NCBI GenBank assembly: GCA_023701225.1
Contig: JAMPXM010000001.1
Location: forward strand, 1-49,106
Direction: 5' to 3'
Origin: Pseudobdellovibrionaceae bacterium
GTDB taxonomy: Bacteria; Bdellovibrionota; Bdellovibrionia; Bdellovibrionales; JAMPXM01
Length of the DNA: 49,106 nt
Below are positions 1 to 9,162 of this stretch, in pieces. The position numbers and the translations under genes were made by a program. Positions within the stretch are counted from its first letter, which is position 1, and every line of letters starts with the position of its first letter. The notes beneath the pieces are model-generated. The model saw only the letters and a program-made list of their open reading frames with translations, searched no databases and was not told the DNA's origin.

Positions 1-791
1 AAGCGACGATGGAGCATTATTGGAAGATTCTCGCGCTTGAAATGGGCGGCAAGAATGCGACAATCGTTTGGCATGATGCCGACATCAACAAAGCGCTGTT
101 TGAGACCATTCAAGGTGCGTTTCTAAGCGCGGGGCAGCGTTGTTCGGGCACTAGCCGCATCATACTTCACAAATCGATCGCCGAGCGATTCACAGAGAAA
201 TTTTACGAAACGGCCAAGAAGCTCACGATCGGATATTGGAAAGACAATCCCTTCATGGGACCCCTGATCAACGCGGATGCCGTCGAAAAATATTTTCGCT
301 TTCAAGAAATCGCGCAGCGTGAAGGCTGTGAGCGGTTGATGCGCGGCAAGGCGCTCGATATGGATCGCAATGGCTACTATGTCACGCCCAGCATCTGTTT
401 GGTCCAAGACGTTCGCGAGGACTCGGTTTACCAGAAGTCGGAGATCTTCGGACCAAACGTTGCGATTTATACCGTCGATGATTTTGATCAGGCGTTGGCG
501 ATCAATGATAGTACTGGCTTCGGACTTTCGATGGCCGTGTTTTCAAAAAATCGCGCGCTCTATGAGAAAGCTCTCGCGAGTTCGCGTGTGGGTCTGCTCA
601 ATTGGAACCGGACGACCAACGGAGCCAGTTCGCGTCTGCCGTTCGGAGGTCGCGGCAAATCGGGCAACGACCGACCGTCCGCTCATTTTGCGGTATATTA
701 CACGACCGTGCCCGTCGCAAGTTTGGAAGACACGACGGAATTTGATTTGAAAGGCATGCCTCCAGGCATGAACTTCGAGCCATTGAAATGA
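1..791 (+). CDS. astD: Aldehyde dehydrogenase family protein, 5'-truncated by the window edge; AstD-like (succinylglutamate-semialdehyde dehydrogenase type)
   Basis: The frame of ORF 9..791 stays open to base 3. It carries EMGGKN (ELGGKN-type) and GQRCSG catalytic-Cys motifs. The tail PFGGRGKSGNDRPSAHFAVYY..ASLE resembles AstD C-termini as I remember them, so the symbol is a family-level guess. Confidence 0.8.
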   Translation, partial: ATMEHYWKILALEMGGKNATIVWHDADINKALFETIQGAFLSAGQRCSGTSRIILHKSIAERFTEKFYETAKKLTIGYWKDNPFMGPLINADAVEKYFRFQEIAQREGCERLMRGKALDMDRNGYYVTPSICLVQDVREDSVYQKSEIFGPNVAIYTVDDFDQALAINDSTGFGLSMAVFSKNRALYEKALASSRVGLLNWNRTTNGASSRLPFGGRGKSGNDRPSAHFAVYYTTVPVASLEDTTEFDLKGMPPGMNFEPLK

Positions 792-815
792 AAAGACTGA
801 GACGAAAAAACTGAG

Positions 816-1856
816 ATGAAAAAACTGTTGTTGGCCCTCGTGGCTTTAAGTCTGGGTCTTGCGGTGCTTTCCCTGTCTCTGTTCAAGCAGTTCCTGGAAA
901 CGCCGCCAAACGCGCAAGGCAGTGATGTGATTTTGGAGATCGCTCCGGGCGAATCGCTGAAGTCCGTCGCGCGTCAGCTCGCGAAAACGGGTTTGGTCAC
1001 TAGCGCCGATAAATTCTATTGGTACGCACGGGCGCAAAAAGCCGAGAGTAAAATCCGAGTTGGCGAATACGCCATGCGCACGGATATGACCCCGCAAGAA
1101 GTTCTGCAGATCATTCTGGCGGGAAAGAGTATGGAGCGTCCGGTCACGATTCAGGAAGGTCTGAATATTTTCGAAGTGGCTGACATATTCGAAAGCGCCG
1201 GACTTGCGACGCGCAAAGATTTTCTCAGCCTGGTCCGTGATCCTTCTTTTGCGCATCAATTGTTGGGCGAGCGGTTGTCGAGTTTGGAAGGATATTTGTT
1301 TCCCGAAACCTACAAGGTCACGAAGTACACCGGTGCGCGTGGGTTGATCAAAATGATGGTCGATCGATTCATTGCCACGTACAAAGAGGTGCCGGAACAC
1401 CTAATGACGCGGCATCAACTGGTCACGCTCGCCAGCATTATCGAAAAAGAAACCGGAGCACCTGATGAAAGGCCGGTTATTTCCTCGGTGTTTCATAACC
1501 GCCTGACGAAAGGCATGCGCCTACAAACGGACCCGACCGTTATATATGGGTTGTTCGTATCCACCGGACAATGGAACAAAAATATTTCCAAGGCGGATTT
1601 ACTGCGGGATGCGCCCTACAATACCTACACGCGCGTAGGACTTCCGCCGGGGCCTATTGCGAATCCAGGTCGTCTGGCGCTGATGGCGGCCGCGCGCCCG
1701 GCCACGAGCGAATTTCTTTACTTCGTCAGCCGTAACGACGGCACGCATGTTTTTTCAAAAGATTACGACGCCCACAACCGGGCCGTGCGCGATTTTCAAC
1801 TCAATCGTAAAGCCCGCGAAGGCAAAAGCTGGCGGGATTTGCAGAAGAAAAAATAA
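816..1856 (+). CDS. mltG: Endolytic murein transglycosylase MltG (YceG-like)
   Basis: 346 aa with an N-terminal membrane anchor. YceG hallmarks are present: YLFPETY, ASIIEKE, LQTDPTVIYG and YNTYTRVGLPPGPIANPG. Confidence 0.93.
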   Translation: MKKLLLALVALSLGLAVLSLSLFKQFLETPPNAQGSDVILEIAPGESLKSVARQLAKTGLVTSADKFYWYARAQKAESKIRVGEYAMRTDMTPQEVLQIILAGKSMERPVTIQEGLNIFEVADIFESAGLATRKDFLSLVRDPSFAHQLLGERLSSLEGYLFPETYKVTKYTGARGLIKMMVDRFIATYKEVPEHLMTRHQLVTLASIIEKETGAPDERPVISSVFHNRLTKGMRLQTDPTVIYGLFVSTGQWNKNISKADLLRDAPYNTYTRVGLPPGPIANPGRLALMAAARPATSEFLYFVSRNDGTHVFSKDYDAHNRAVRDFQLNRKAREGKSWRDLQKKK

Positions 1857-1878
1857 GCGTCGCGTGAGGGGACTGACG

Positions 1879-2349
1879 TCATCTGACGACGCGTTCAAAG
1901 CCGTTCATGCCTTCGTTGTATTTGAAAATGCTCAACCGGCCCACGAGATCGCGGTCGAAGACAGGCACGAGAATTTCAGCTCTGCCATCGTCATCAATGT
2001 CCTCAAGAGCAAGGTTGGCGACGCGACCATTGAAGTTGAAGTAGCCGTCGCGAGCATCTGTGAGTTCGATTTTTTCCATGAGTTTTTGGCTACCGTCCGG
2101 TTCCGGGCGAAAGACTTCAAGGAAGATCGAGTCGCGTGTTTTGACCTTTGTGACGGTATAGGCGATTCCGTTGCCGATGAGGTCGGCACGAGCCGAAGAC
2201 ACGAGCACGCGATAATCTTTCACAAGGGCGGAACGCACGCCCGCGCGTGCATCCGGATGCAGAGCCGCCACCAAGCTGATTCCGAAAATGGCGACGAGAA
2301 CGGATTGGGCGGCGAACATCAGATGTTGCTGAACTTTATTTGCGGTCAT
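1879..2349 (-). CDS. Hypothetical membrane-anchored protein with one FG-GAP/VCBS-like segment
   Basis: ORF-track frame is 1879..2379. ATG 2349 (GGGGGA just upstream) is preferred because the sigma-54-like promoter at 2387-2402 predicts a transcript start near 2375. It has a TM helix FAAQSVLVAIFGISLVAAL and the segment DIDDDGRAEILV. No family call. Confidence 0.55.
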   Translation of the reverse strand: MTANKVQQHLMFAAQSVLVAIFGISLVAALHPDARAGVRSALVKDYRVLVSSARADLIGNGIAYTVTKVKTRDSIFLEVFRPEPDGSQKLMEKIELTDARDGYFNFNGRVANLALEDIDDDGRAEILVPVFDRDLVGRLSIFKYNEGMNGFERVVR

Positions 2350-2386
2350 ATTTCCCCCGATGCGAAGAGCCACACCCATTCTCCTT

Positions 2387-2402
2387 ACAAAGGAGGTGCC
2401 AA
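2387..2402 (-). promoter_or_regulatory. Sigma-54-type promoter candidate (minus strand TGGCAC-ctcct-TTGT)
   Basis: The reverse complement of 2387-2402 reads CTTTGGCACCTCCTTTGTAAGG. The GG-N10-GT spacing matches the -24/-12 architecture, and it points into the gene at 1879-2349. Confidence 0.45.
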
Positions 2403-2586
2403 AGATCGTTCAAAAAATCGTGGAAACTCAATGCTTTAAAGACAGGGGGGTGTCCATAGGCTCGACACCTGTCGGAGTGAGTGCTAGCGTTCGCAAGCAG
2501 GAGGCATCCACGAAAAATCCGGACACGAGGTGTCAGCTTCTCAAATTGAGACATGTCCGAGGTTCTTTTTTAGGAGATCCATAGCC

Positions 2587-3210
2587 ATGACACTGTCCTT
2601 GAGCCCCGAATTCAAGACGCAGTTCTATCATCTTCTGGAGTCACGCAAGTCGATTCGCAAGTTCAAACCGCATCCGATTCCTCGAGAGACGATAGAACGA
2701 ATTCTCGCGGCCGGAATGCACGCGCCTTCGGGAAAAAACCGACAGAACTGGCGATTTTTCGTTCTGACCGGGCCCAAGCGCGATGAGTACGTGTTGCTTT
2801 CACAAAAGTCGTGGCTGGGGATCAAAGATGTTCTTGAAAGGCGCTTGAAGCCTTCTCTGTACCAATTCACGGAAAGATTCTTTTATTCCCTCGGCGACGC
2901 GCCTGTCGTGATTCTTTGTTATTCCATGAATGACGCAGAGGAGCGCTACCACACCAGTATCGGCTCTGTGTATATGGCTGTGGAAAACATGAATCTGGCC
3001 GCTTTGGCCGCAGGCCTCGGCTCTTGCACAATGGGAGCGCCTCTTGAGATTCGCCAAGAGGTCGACAGATTCATCGGCGTTGATCAGTGGCCGGAATATA
3101 AAGATGATAAACTCGAATTGTTGTGTGCGCTGGTCCTGGGCGTACCGGACCATGACCCGCCCAAGGCGGTTCGCCAGACCGAAGGACGCGTCTACTGGCT
3201 CGAAAAATAG
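2587..3210 (+). CDS. Nitroreductase family protein
   Basis: The ORF track starts at GTG 2530, but ATG 2587 has AGGAG about 10 nt upstream. Nitroreductase-fold motifs are RKSIRKF and HAPSGKNRQNWRF. Length is 207 aa. Confidence 0.88.
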   Translation: MTLSLSPEFKTQFYHLLESRKSIRKFKPHPIPRETIERILAAGMHAPSGKNRQNWRFFVLTGPKRDEYVLLSQKSWLGIKDVLERRLKPSLYQFTERFFYSLGDAPVVILCYSMNDAEERYHTSIGSVYMAVENMNLAALAAGLGSCTMGAPLEIRQEVDRFIGVDQWPEYKDDKLELLCALVLGVPDHDPPKAVRQTEGRVYWLEK

Positions 3211-3225
3211 GAGTCCCTGTGGCGG

Positions 3226-3981
3226 TTAACCCGAAGTCTGCGAAGGCGTGAGCAGAATGCAGCTGATCTGTCGACCGGGACCACGATCGCGACGGAAGGA
3301 ATGGAAATCAGGAGACGCAAGCGTGTCCGCCCTGAGCAAGGTGACGGAATGTTCATGGACACCACCCTGTACGAGTTGTGCGTGCGCGAGCGTGGAAAGA
3401 TCAACGAGGCGTTTGGTGGCGACAGTGGGATGGGGGTAGGAAATGGGCGCAGGATTGAAACGCAGCTTGCGAAAGACGACATTGAGTTTTTCGGCGACAT
3501 CGCGGTCGACTTCGAAGCTGTTTTTTTCGATGTGAGGGCCGATAACGGCAAGCATATCATTGGGGTTCGCGCCGAGCTCCCGCATTTTTAAAACTGTTTT
3601 GAATATGATTTCCGACTCCACGCCTCGCCAACCGGCATGGATTGCGGCAATCATCTTTCCGGAAGTGATCAAGACAGGCAGGCAGTCCGCGGTGCGAACG
3701 CAAAGCGCGACCTGGCTTTCCGTCGTGATATGTGCGTCGCCTTCGGGCCAATCCGACGCGGAGAACTCGTTGCGGGCGTTGTCAGAGGGGTGAACTTGCG
3801 CATGAACGCGGTCGGAGTGGACCTGGTTTAAAAATGCCAATTGTGCGCTCGGGAACTGCGCTCGCAAACTCGCAACGCTTGAGGTTTTGTCTCCAAAGAA
3901 AAGAAGTGCACGCCCGATCTTTCCGATCCATCCGCTTTCCGTGCGTAAAAATGACGTCGCTCCATCTGTTTTCATAGTCAT
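3226..3981 (-). CDS. pgeF: Purine nucleoside phosphorylase / polyphenol-oxidase-like protein PgeF (YfiH, DUF152)
   Basis: Motifs LNQVHSDRV, DAHITT, RTADCLPVL, IHAGWRG and HSFRRD. The start overlaps the rluD stop (ATGA). Confidence 0.9.
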   Translation of the reverse strand: MTMKTDGATSFLRTESGWIGKIGRALLFFGDKTSSVASLRAQFPSAQLAFLNQVHSDRVHAQVHPSDNARNEFSASDWPEGDAHITTESQVALCVRTADCLPVLITSGKMIAAIHAGWRGVESEIIFKTVLKMRELGANPNDMLAVIGPHIEKNSFEVDRDVAEKLNVVFRKLRFNPAPISYPHPTVATKRLVDLSTLAHAQLVQGGVHEHSVTLLRADTLASPDFHSFRRDRGPGRQISCILLTPSQTSG

Positions 3982-4988
3982 TTTGTCTCAAACCCCAAAT
4001 GTTCGACCAATGGACGTAGATCTTCAGGCCAACTCACTTTGAACGACATTCGTTGGTGTGTCGTGGGATGTGTGAAACCAAGCTCTGCGGCATGCAACGC
4101 GAATCGCGCGCTTGCCGTCACGAGTTCACGGATCTTGGGAGATTTCACGTTCTTCAATCTCTTGATGCCGCCGTACGTATCGTCCCCCACGATCGGCGTA
4201 CCGCCTTCAGAGAGATGGACGCGGATTTGATGTGTCCGACCCGTTTCTAATTTGAGCTCCACGAGCGCGAGGCCGGCAGGGTGTTGCTCGAGAACACGGT
4301 AGTGTGTGATGGCGAGTTTGCCGAGTTGTTCCATGCCCGGCGGAGCGGTGGGTACTGACGCGACTCGCTTACGATCCTCCGGATGACGACGCAGATGGCT
4401 CCGGAGCGTACCACCGAGCGGCTTCGGAACCCCGATGGTGATCGCCCAATACACACGGTGCGTGGTTTTTCGTTGAAACTGCATCGCGAGATAGCGTTGG
4501 GCTTCATCGTTTTTGGCGATCACCAAAAGTCCGCTTGTGCCCTTGTCGATCCGGTGAACGAGACCCGGGCGCTGTTCGTTGAACCCCATCGAAAGATCGT
4601 CGGTATGATGGAGAAGAGCATTGACGAGTGTGTCGTCGAGGTGCCCGCACGCCGGATGGACGACCAAGCCTGCTGGCTTGTTGACGACGATGAGTTGGTC
4701 GTCTTCAAAAACGATATCGAGCGGAAAGTCATAGGGAACCAACTCGCTTTTTTCGATAACAGGAATCGCGAGCTCGTACACTTCCCCCGGCTCCGTGGGA
4801 TGCGATGCCTTCACGATGCGCCCGCCGAGACGGACGCGTCCGAGCGCGATCAGGCGCGAAGCCTGTGAGCGTGTCGCCACTTCGGGGCAGGCGACGAGAG
4901 CTTTATCGATACGTTGTCCAGCGAGTTCGGGAGAAATTTCAAAGCGGATATTCTGAAACTTTTCGTCCGGCATTTCTGCGGCGCTCAC
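3978..4988 (-). CDS. rluD: 23S rRNA pseudouridine synthase, RluA family (RluD-like)
   Basis: S4-like N-terminus, catalytic block HRIDKGTSGLLVIAKN and GDDTYGG tail. GTG 4988 overlaps the upstream stop (GTGA); ATG 4973 is the alternative start. Confidence 0.9.
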   Translation of the reverse strand: MSAAEMPDEKFQNIRFEISPELAGQRIDKALVACPEVATRSQASRLIALGRVRLGGRIVKASHPTEPGEVYELAIPVIEKSELVPYDFPLDIVFEDDQLIVVNKPAGLVVHPACGHLDDTLVNALLHHTDDLSMGFNEQRPGLVHRIDKGTSGLLVIAKNDEAQRYLAMQFQRKTTHRVYWAITIGVPKPLGGTLRSHLRRHPEDRKRVASVPTAPPGMEQLGKLAITHYRVLEQHPAGLALVELKLETGRTHQIRVHLSEGGTPIVGDDTYGGIKRLKNVKSPKIRELVTASARFALHAAELGFTHPTTHQRMSFKVSWPEDLRPLVEHLGFETK

Positions 4989-5704
4989 TTCCCCGACTTG
5001 GCGCGGAAGTACTTCATATAGCTTGTCGCCACCTTGTTTTCATCCAAACCAAGGACGCGTGAAATTTGCACGACGAAGCCGCGAACAAAGACCGCCGCCG
5101 GCAAAGCGGCGAAGTCGTCATTTTCAACCGCGTTCAGATATGTGCGGCTGATGCGAGAGGCCTCGCTGATCTGATCGACATTGACGTTTTTGTAGGTGCG
5201 GACTTTTTGCAAGAGCGGTCCGGTCCACTCTGTGATCGCGTTGATTTCCGCTTCGAAACTGTCATCCACTTTATATGTGCTGACCGAAGTGCGAGCCATT
5301 CCAGGGGCGAGCGTGCTTTTCGGCTTTTCTTTTGTGCGCATCATGTACACGTCTCCGGAGGGGCCAGGCTCGGACGCGGCGATATCCGGCAACTGTTCAT
5401 GTGTCAGCTTGCTGGGCTCGGCGTTGCCTGATTTGGCGGCAGACGCGGGCATGACCCCGCCATCCGCGAGCGATTGATCGTAGATTTTACGTTGGGATTG
5501 ATTACCTAATACAGAATAAGCCTCTTCAATCATCCGCAGAAGCTCTTTGGCTTCTTCCTTGCTGAACATGCTGTAGAGAGCCGGATTTTCAGTCGAATAC
5601 GTCGACTTGGCCCGTTGATAGGCACGGTGAATCTCGTTCTGGGGAGCGTTCCTCTCGACTTCCAGGATTTCGTAGTAGTTGGAACCTTGACGATGATTCG
5701 ACAT
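4985..5704 (-). CDS. J-like domain protein with C-terminal RodZ-type helix-turn-helix
   Basis: The N-terminus NYYEILEV..IHRAYQRAKSTYS..EEAYSVLGNQSQRKIYD looks like J-domain helices, but no HPD tripeptide is visible. The C-terminus VNVDQISEASRISRTYLNAVENDDFAALPAAVFVRGFVVQISRVLGLD resembles the RodZ/HTH_25 module. Confidence 0.8.
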   Translation of the reverse strand: MSNHRQGSNYYEILEVERNAPQNEIHRAYQRAKSTYSTENPALYSMFSKEEAKELLRMIEEAYSVLGNQSQRKIYDQSLADGGVMPASAAKSGNAEPSKLTHEQLPDIAASEPGPSGDVYMMRTKEKPKSTLAPGMARTSVSTYKVDDSFEAEINAITEWTGPLLQKVRTYKNVNVDQISEASRISRTYLNAVENDDFAALPAAVFVRGFVVQISRVLGLDENKVATSYMKYFRAKSGK

Positions 5705-5711
5705 AACGACG

Positions 5712-6641
5712 TTATACCACGGCTCGTACGGAATGGGGATTTAAGAGATTCTTGGTCATATTCAAAAACTGCCCCACAATGCTTGAGTAGGGATGTTCCA
5801 GCACAAGCGGACGTCTCTTTCGCAACGCCTGCCACACAGCATTATCATGATCGATATACCCGAGGTAGTCACACTCAATTCCAAAATATTTCTGACAAAC
5901 GCTTTTGATTGAGTGTCCCAGTTCGACGTCGGCGCGGGTCCGAACTTGATTGAGAATGATGTGGAGATGAAGTTCGGAGATGAGGTTGCTCAAGTCTGCG
6001 CCCGCCGCTGGATCACGTTCGGTGACATAGCGGAGCAAATCCGCGGGCGACCGAATACCGAGTTGATTGCGGGCATCCATGGCGTTCTCAAAGACATCTT
6101 GCATACCGAGTTGCACTTCGGCGGTGCGTAGTTTGCGGTAATAGCTCGATTTGATGAAACGATATGCATTTTCGATACTGGTCGGCTCAGGCGTGACGGC
6201 AATGAGCTTTTCATCGGCGGACAAGAAAAAGTCGAGCGTGTTCTCCGTCGTACCGGCTCCCAAGTCTAATATCACATAGGGCGTACGGATAGTGCGCAGA
6301 GCTTGGATCAGGCGAGTTTTGTGCTGAACTCCGAGATCTGCGATGTTCAAAGCGTCGTTGAAGCCGCTGATGAAGCGCATGTTTTGAAATTCCGTGGCGG
6401 TGCTGACCTGATTCAGGTCATCCACGCGACCACTGATGAAGTCCGAAAGACTCAGCTTTGGTTCCTTCATGCCCAAATAGGTGTGGAGATTGGCGCTTCC
6501 AAGATCAAGATCGACGAGTGTGACTTCTTTCGCCATGCGCGCCAGGCAAATGGCAAACGTCGAGCTGATAAAGCTCTTGCCGATACCGCCTTTGCCTCCA
6601 CCGATCGCCCATATGCGATTCGGTCGTTGTATCTTGGACAT
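5712..6641 (-). CDS. MinD/ParA-family P-loop ATPase
   Basis: Deviant Walker A IGGGKGGIGKS, then VTLVDLDLGSANLH and ILDLGAG. Length is 309 aa. GGAAGG lies upstream of ATG 6641. Confidence 0.85.
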   Translation of the reverse strand: MSKIQRPNRIWAIGGGKGGIGKSFISSTFAICLARMAKEVTLVDLDLGSANLHTYLGMKEPKLSLSDFISGRVDDLNQVSTATEFQNMRFISGFNDALNIADLGVQHKTRLIQALRTIRTPYVILDLGAGTTENTLDFFLSADEKLIAVTPEPTSIENAYRFIKSSYYRKLRTAEVQLGMQDVFENAMDARNQLGIRSPADLLRYVTERDPAAGADLSNLISELHLHIILNQVRTRADVELGHSIKSVCQKYFGIECDYLGYIDHDNAVWQALRKRRPLVLEHPYSSIVGQFLNMTKNLLNPHSVRAVV

Positions 6642-6668
6642 CCGGAACCTTCCGCGGCCCCGGAATCA

Positions 6669-7430
6669 TCAGTGATCGGGGCGGTTCTTCAGTGTTTCTT
6701 GCAGTTTCTCTTCGGCTTCTGACGCTCTGATATATAGGGCTTGCAGTTCATTCCAGACCAAGGGCTTGGCTGCGCTTGCAAGAGCCATGCGACCGAGAAC
6801 TTCCGGGCATGGAAAATCAGAAAATGATGTGTCACGAACGAGTTGTGACTTCAACCCCGCTGGGAACGTGCTCTCGAATTCTATGTAAGCATCCCCCAGA
6901 CAAAGGTGTGGCACCTGGACGATGCGGTTGACCTCATCACTGGTCAACGCGTCCGGTCCGAGCGTGCGCGACCAACGTCCAGCCTCACTCGTGAAGCGGC
7001 TGACATAGATGAGGTTTTTATGCGCATTCACCATGGTCAGGACCGGCAAAGGTGAAGGCAGGGAAATGGACCCCGCAAGAATTTCGGTCGTGTCGAACGC
7101 GAAAATCGGCAGCGATCGCGCATAGGCCAGCGTGCGAGCGGCGTTAATCGCAATGCGAATACCTGTGAAGCTTCCGGGCCCCTGACCAACGGCCAATCGT
7201 GTGATGTCATGCAATTCCAACCGCGCGGCATGTAGACACGCTTCGATTTCGGCGGTCAGCATTTCGCTATGCGACTTTTCTCTCGTCCAAACTCGCTTCG
7301 CGAGGACGCCGCGATCGTTGAGGATCGCGACGCCACCTTGATTGGTACTTGTGTCGAAAGCGAGAACGTTCACGGTGGAATCCCGCGGCCGCTCAATTGA
7401 AAAGGCGGCCGATATCGTTGAAGAGAGCAA
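6669..7430 (-). CDS. tsaB: tRNA threonylcarbamoyladenosine biosynthesis protein TsaB (YeaZ)
   Basis: Motifs LAFDTSTNQGGVAIL and GQGPGSFTGIRIAINAARTLAYA. ATG 7430 overlaps the rseP 3' end by 38 nt. GTG 7373 is a plausible shorter start. Confidence 0.85.
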   Translation of the reverse strand: MLSSTISAAFSIERPRDSTVNVLAFDTSTNQGGVAILNDRGVLAKRVWTREKSHSEMLTAEIEACLHAARLELHDITRLAVGQGPGSFTGIRIAINAARTLAYARSLPIFAFDTTEILAGSISLPSPLPVLTMVNAHKNLIYVSRFTSEAGRWSRTLGPDALTSDEVNRIVQVPHLCLGDAYIEFESTFPAGLKSQLVRDTSFSDFPCPEVLGRMALASAAKPLVWNELQALYIRASEAEEKLQETLKNRPDH

Positions 7431-9114
7431 ATACCATCAGACCGAGAAGCAAAATCAAACCGACTTGTTGCGCGATCTCCAGTTTACGCATGCTCAAGGG
7501 AGCTCCGCGCAGCGCCTCGATTCCGAAGAAGACGAGGTGCCCACCGTCCAAAACGGGTACCGGCAACAGATTCAAAATGAACAAGTTGATCGAAATGATG
7601 GCCATGACGTTCATGAATTGAGCGGCGCCGATCTGCCAGGATTTTTTAGCCATCGTGCCGATGGAGATGAAGCCACCGATATTTTTTGCCGACACTTCCG
7701 CTTGAAACAAACGGACGAAGCTCAAGATCGTGACATTCGTCCATTTCATCGTCTGATCCCAGCCGCGAATCGCAGCGGCGATCGGATTCGACGTGCTTTT
7801 CTTGAACATCGTCGGCGGAGCATCGATCAGCATCGGCTTGATACCAATTTCAAAGCGCGCTTCTTCGCGACCCATGTTGTTCATGCGCTCTTTGAAGTGC
7901 GGGACGACCGAGAACTCTTGCTCTTGGCCTTCGCGAACGGCGCGCACAACGATGGGTCGGGATGATTCTTTCTCTTCGCTCGCCTCGGTGCCATAGGCGC
8001 GAATGATTTTCGCGATTTCTTCGAACGTCGTGACGGCCTTGCCGTCGATTGCGACGATTTTGTCTCCAGCGCGAAGACCAGCTTGTGCCGCCGGCGACTT
8101 TTTGTCGAATGCCGCCAAGTAGGTTTCTGGGAATTCAAGCCCCAGCTCCCGGGCGAGCTGGTCGGCCGGCGCGGATTTGAGAGTTTCTGGTACCGTGATC
8201 GCGATCTCGAGCGGCGGGCTTTCGGCTGCGACATCACCTTCCAATTCGAAGTTGGGTCGGCGAAGCGCGAGCTTCAGAGTTCCGTCTTGAGCCTGCGCTC
8301 CGAGAGTGGTGACGAAGTCGCGCCACTTGTCCACAGCGACGCCATCGACCGCGGAGATGATGTCACCCGGTTTCAGGCCGGCTTGGCCCGCCGCAGTGGT
8401 GGGTGACATGACACCGACGATGCTGGCACGAGATGCGAATTCCAATCCTTCGACAGAGCCGACATGCTTTTTCCAGCTAAGAACATTCTTGTTGTCGACG
8501 GTTTTCGGCGTGACTTCCAGAGCCAACGGCTGCGCTTCTCCGGAGCGATCGATCGTGAAGCGCACCGTTTGGTCGCCCTTTTCTTCAATGATCGACATCA
8601 TTCCGTCCCAGGAGTCGACCGTATCGCCATTGATCTGACGGATCGTATCCCCTGAACGGAAGCCAGCGGCATACGCTTCCGACTGAGGCTCGATATCGCC
8701 GAGACGTGGGGCGAGAGTTTGTTCCCCGATGAGCGCGACCAGAGCAAAGATCAAGATCGCGAAGCCGAAGTTCATGAGCGGGCCCGCAAGGACGACGGCG
8801 ATTCGTTGACCTACGGGTTTATGCGTGAAAGAGACCGCTTTCTGGTCTTCTGGTACATCCGTCGTCGGATCGTCGCCAAACATTTTCACGTAGCCGCCAA
8901 GCGGGATGGCGGAGATCGCGTACGTCGTCTCGCCCCTCTTGACGGTGAAAATTTTCGGTCCGAAGCCCAGGCTGAAAACCTCGACGCGAACTTTGTAGTA
9001 TTTCGCGACCAGGAAGTGGCCGAGTTCGTGGACGAAGATGAGGAGCCCGAGCAAAACGACCATCGGGACCAGATATGCGACGCTACTTTGAAGAACAGAG
9101 ATCAGTTGATCCAT
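7393..9114 (-). CDS. rseP: RIP zinc metalloprotease RseP (site-2 protease)
   Basis: HELGHF (HExxH) near the N-terminus, PDZ-like repeats (GLKPGDIISAVDG, GLRAGDKIVAIDG) and C-terminal NLLPVPVLDGGH. At 573 aa it is longer than the E. coli type. Confidence 0.92.
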   Translation of the reverse strand: MDQLISVLQSSVAYLVPMVVLLGLLIFVHELGHFLVAKYYKVRVEVFSLGFGPKIFTVKRGETTYAISAIPLGGYVKMFGDDPTTDVPEDQKAVSFTHKPVGQRIAVVLAGPLMNFGFAILIFALVALIGEQTLAPRLGDIEPQSEAYAAGFRSGDTIRQINGDTVDSWDGMMSIIEEKGDQTVRFTIDRSGEAQPLALEVTPKTVDNKNVLSWKKHVGSVEGLEFASRASIVGVMSPTTAAGQAGLKPGDIISAVDGVAVDKWRDFVTTLGAQAQDGTLKLALRRPNFELEGDVAAESPPLEIAITVPETLKSAPADQLARELGLEFPETYLAAFDKKSPAAQAGLRAGDKIVAIDGKAVTTFEEIAKIIRAYGTEASEEKESSRPIVVRAVREGQEQEFSVVPHFKERMNNMGREEARFEIGIKPMLIDAPPTMFKKSTSNPIAAAIRGWDQTMKWTNVTILSFVRLFQAEVSAKNIGGFISIGTMAKKSWQIGAAQFMNVMAIISINLFILNLLPVPVLDGGHLVFFGIEALRGAPLSMRKLEIAQQVGLILLLGLMVFALFNDIGRLFN

Positions 9115-9162
9115 AGATTTCGATTGTAGAATCCCTTGTCGGGGACGCCTACTGTTTTCTTC

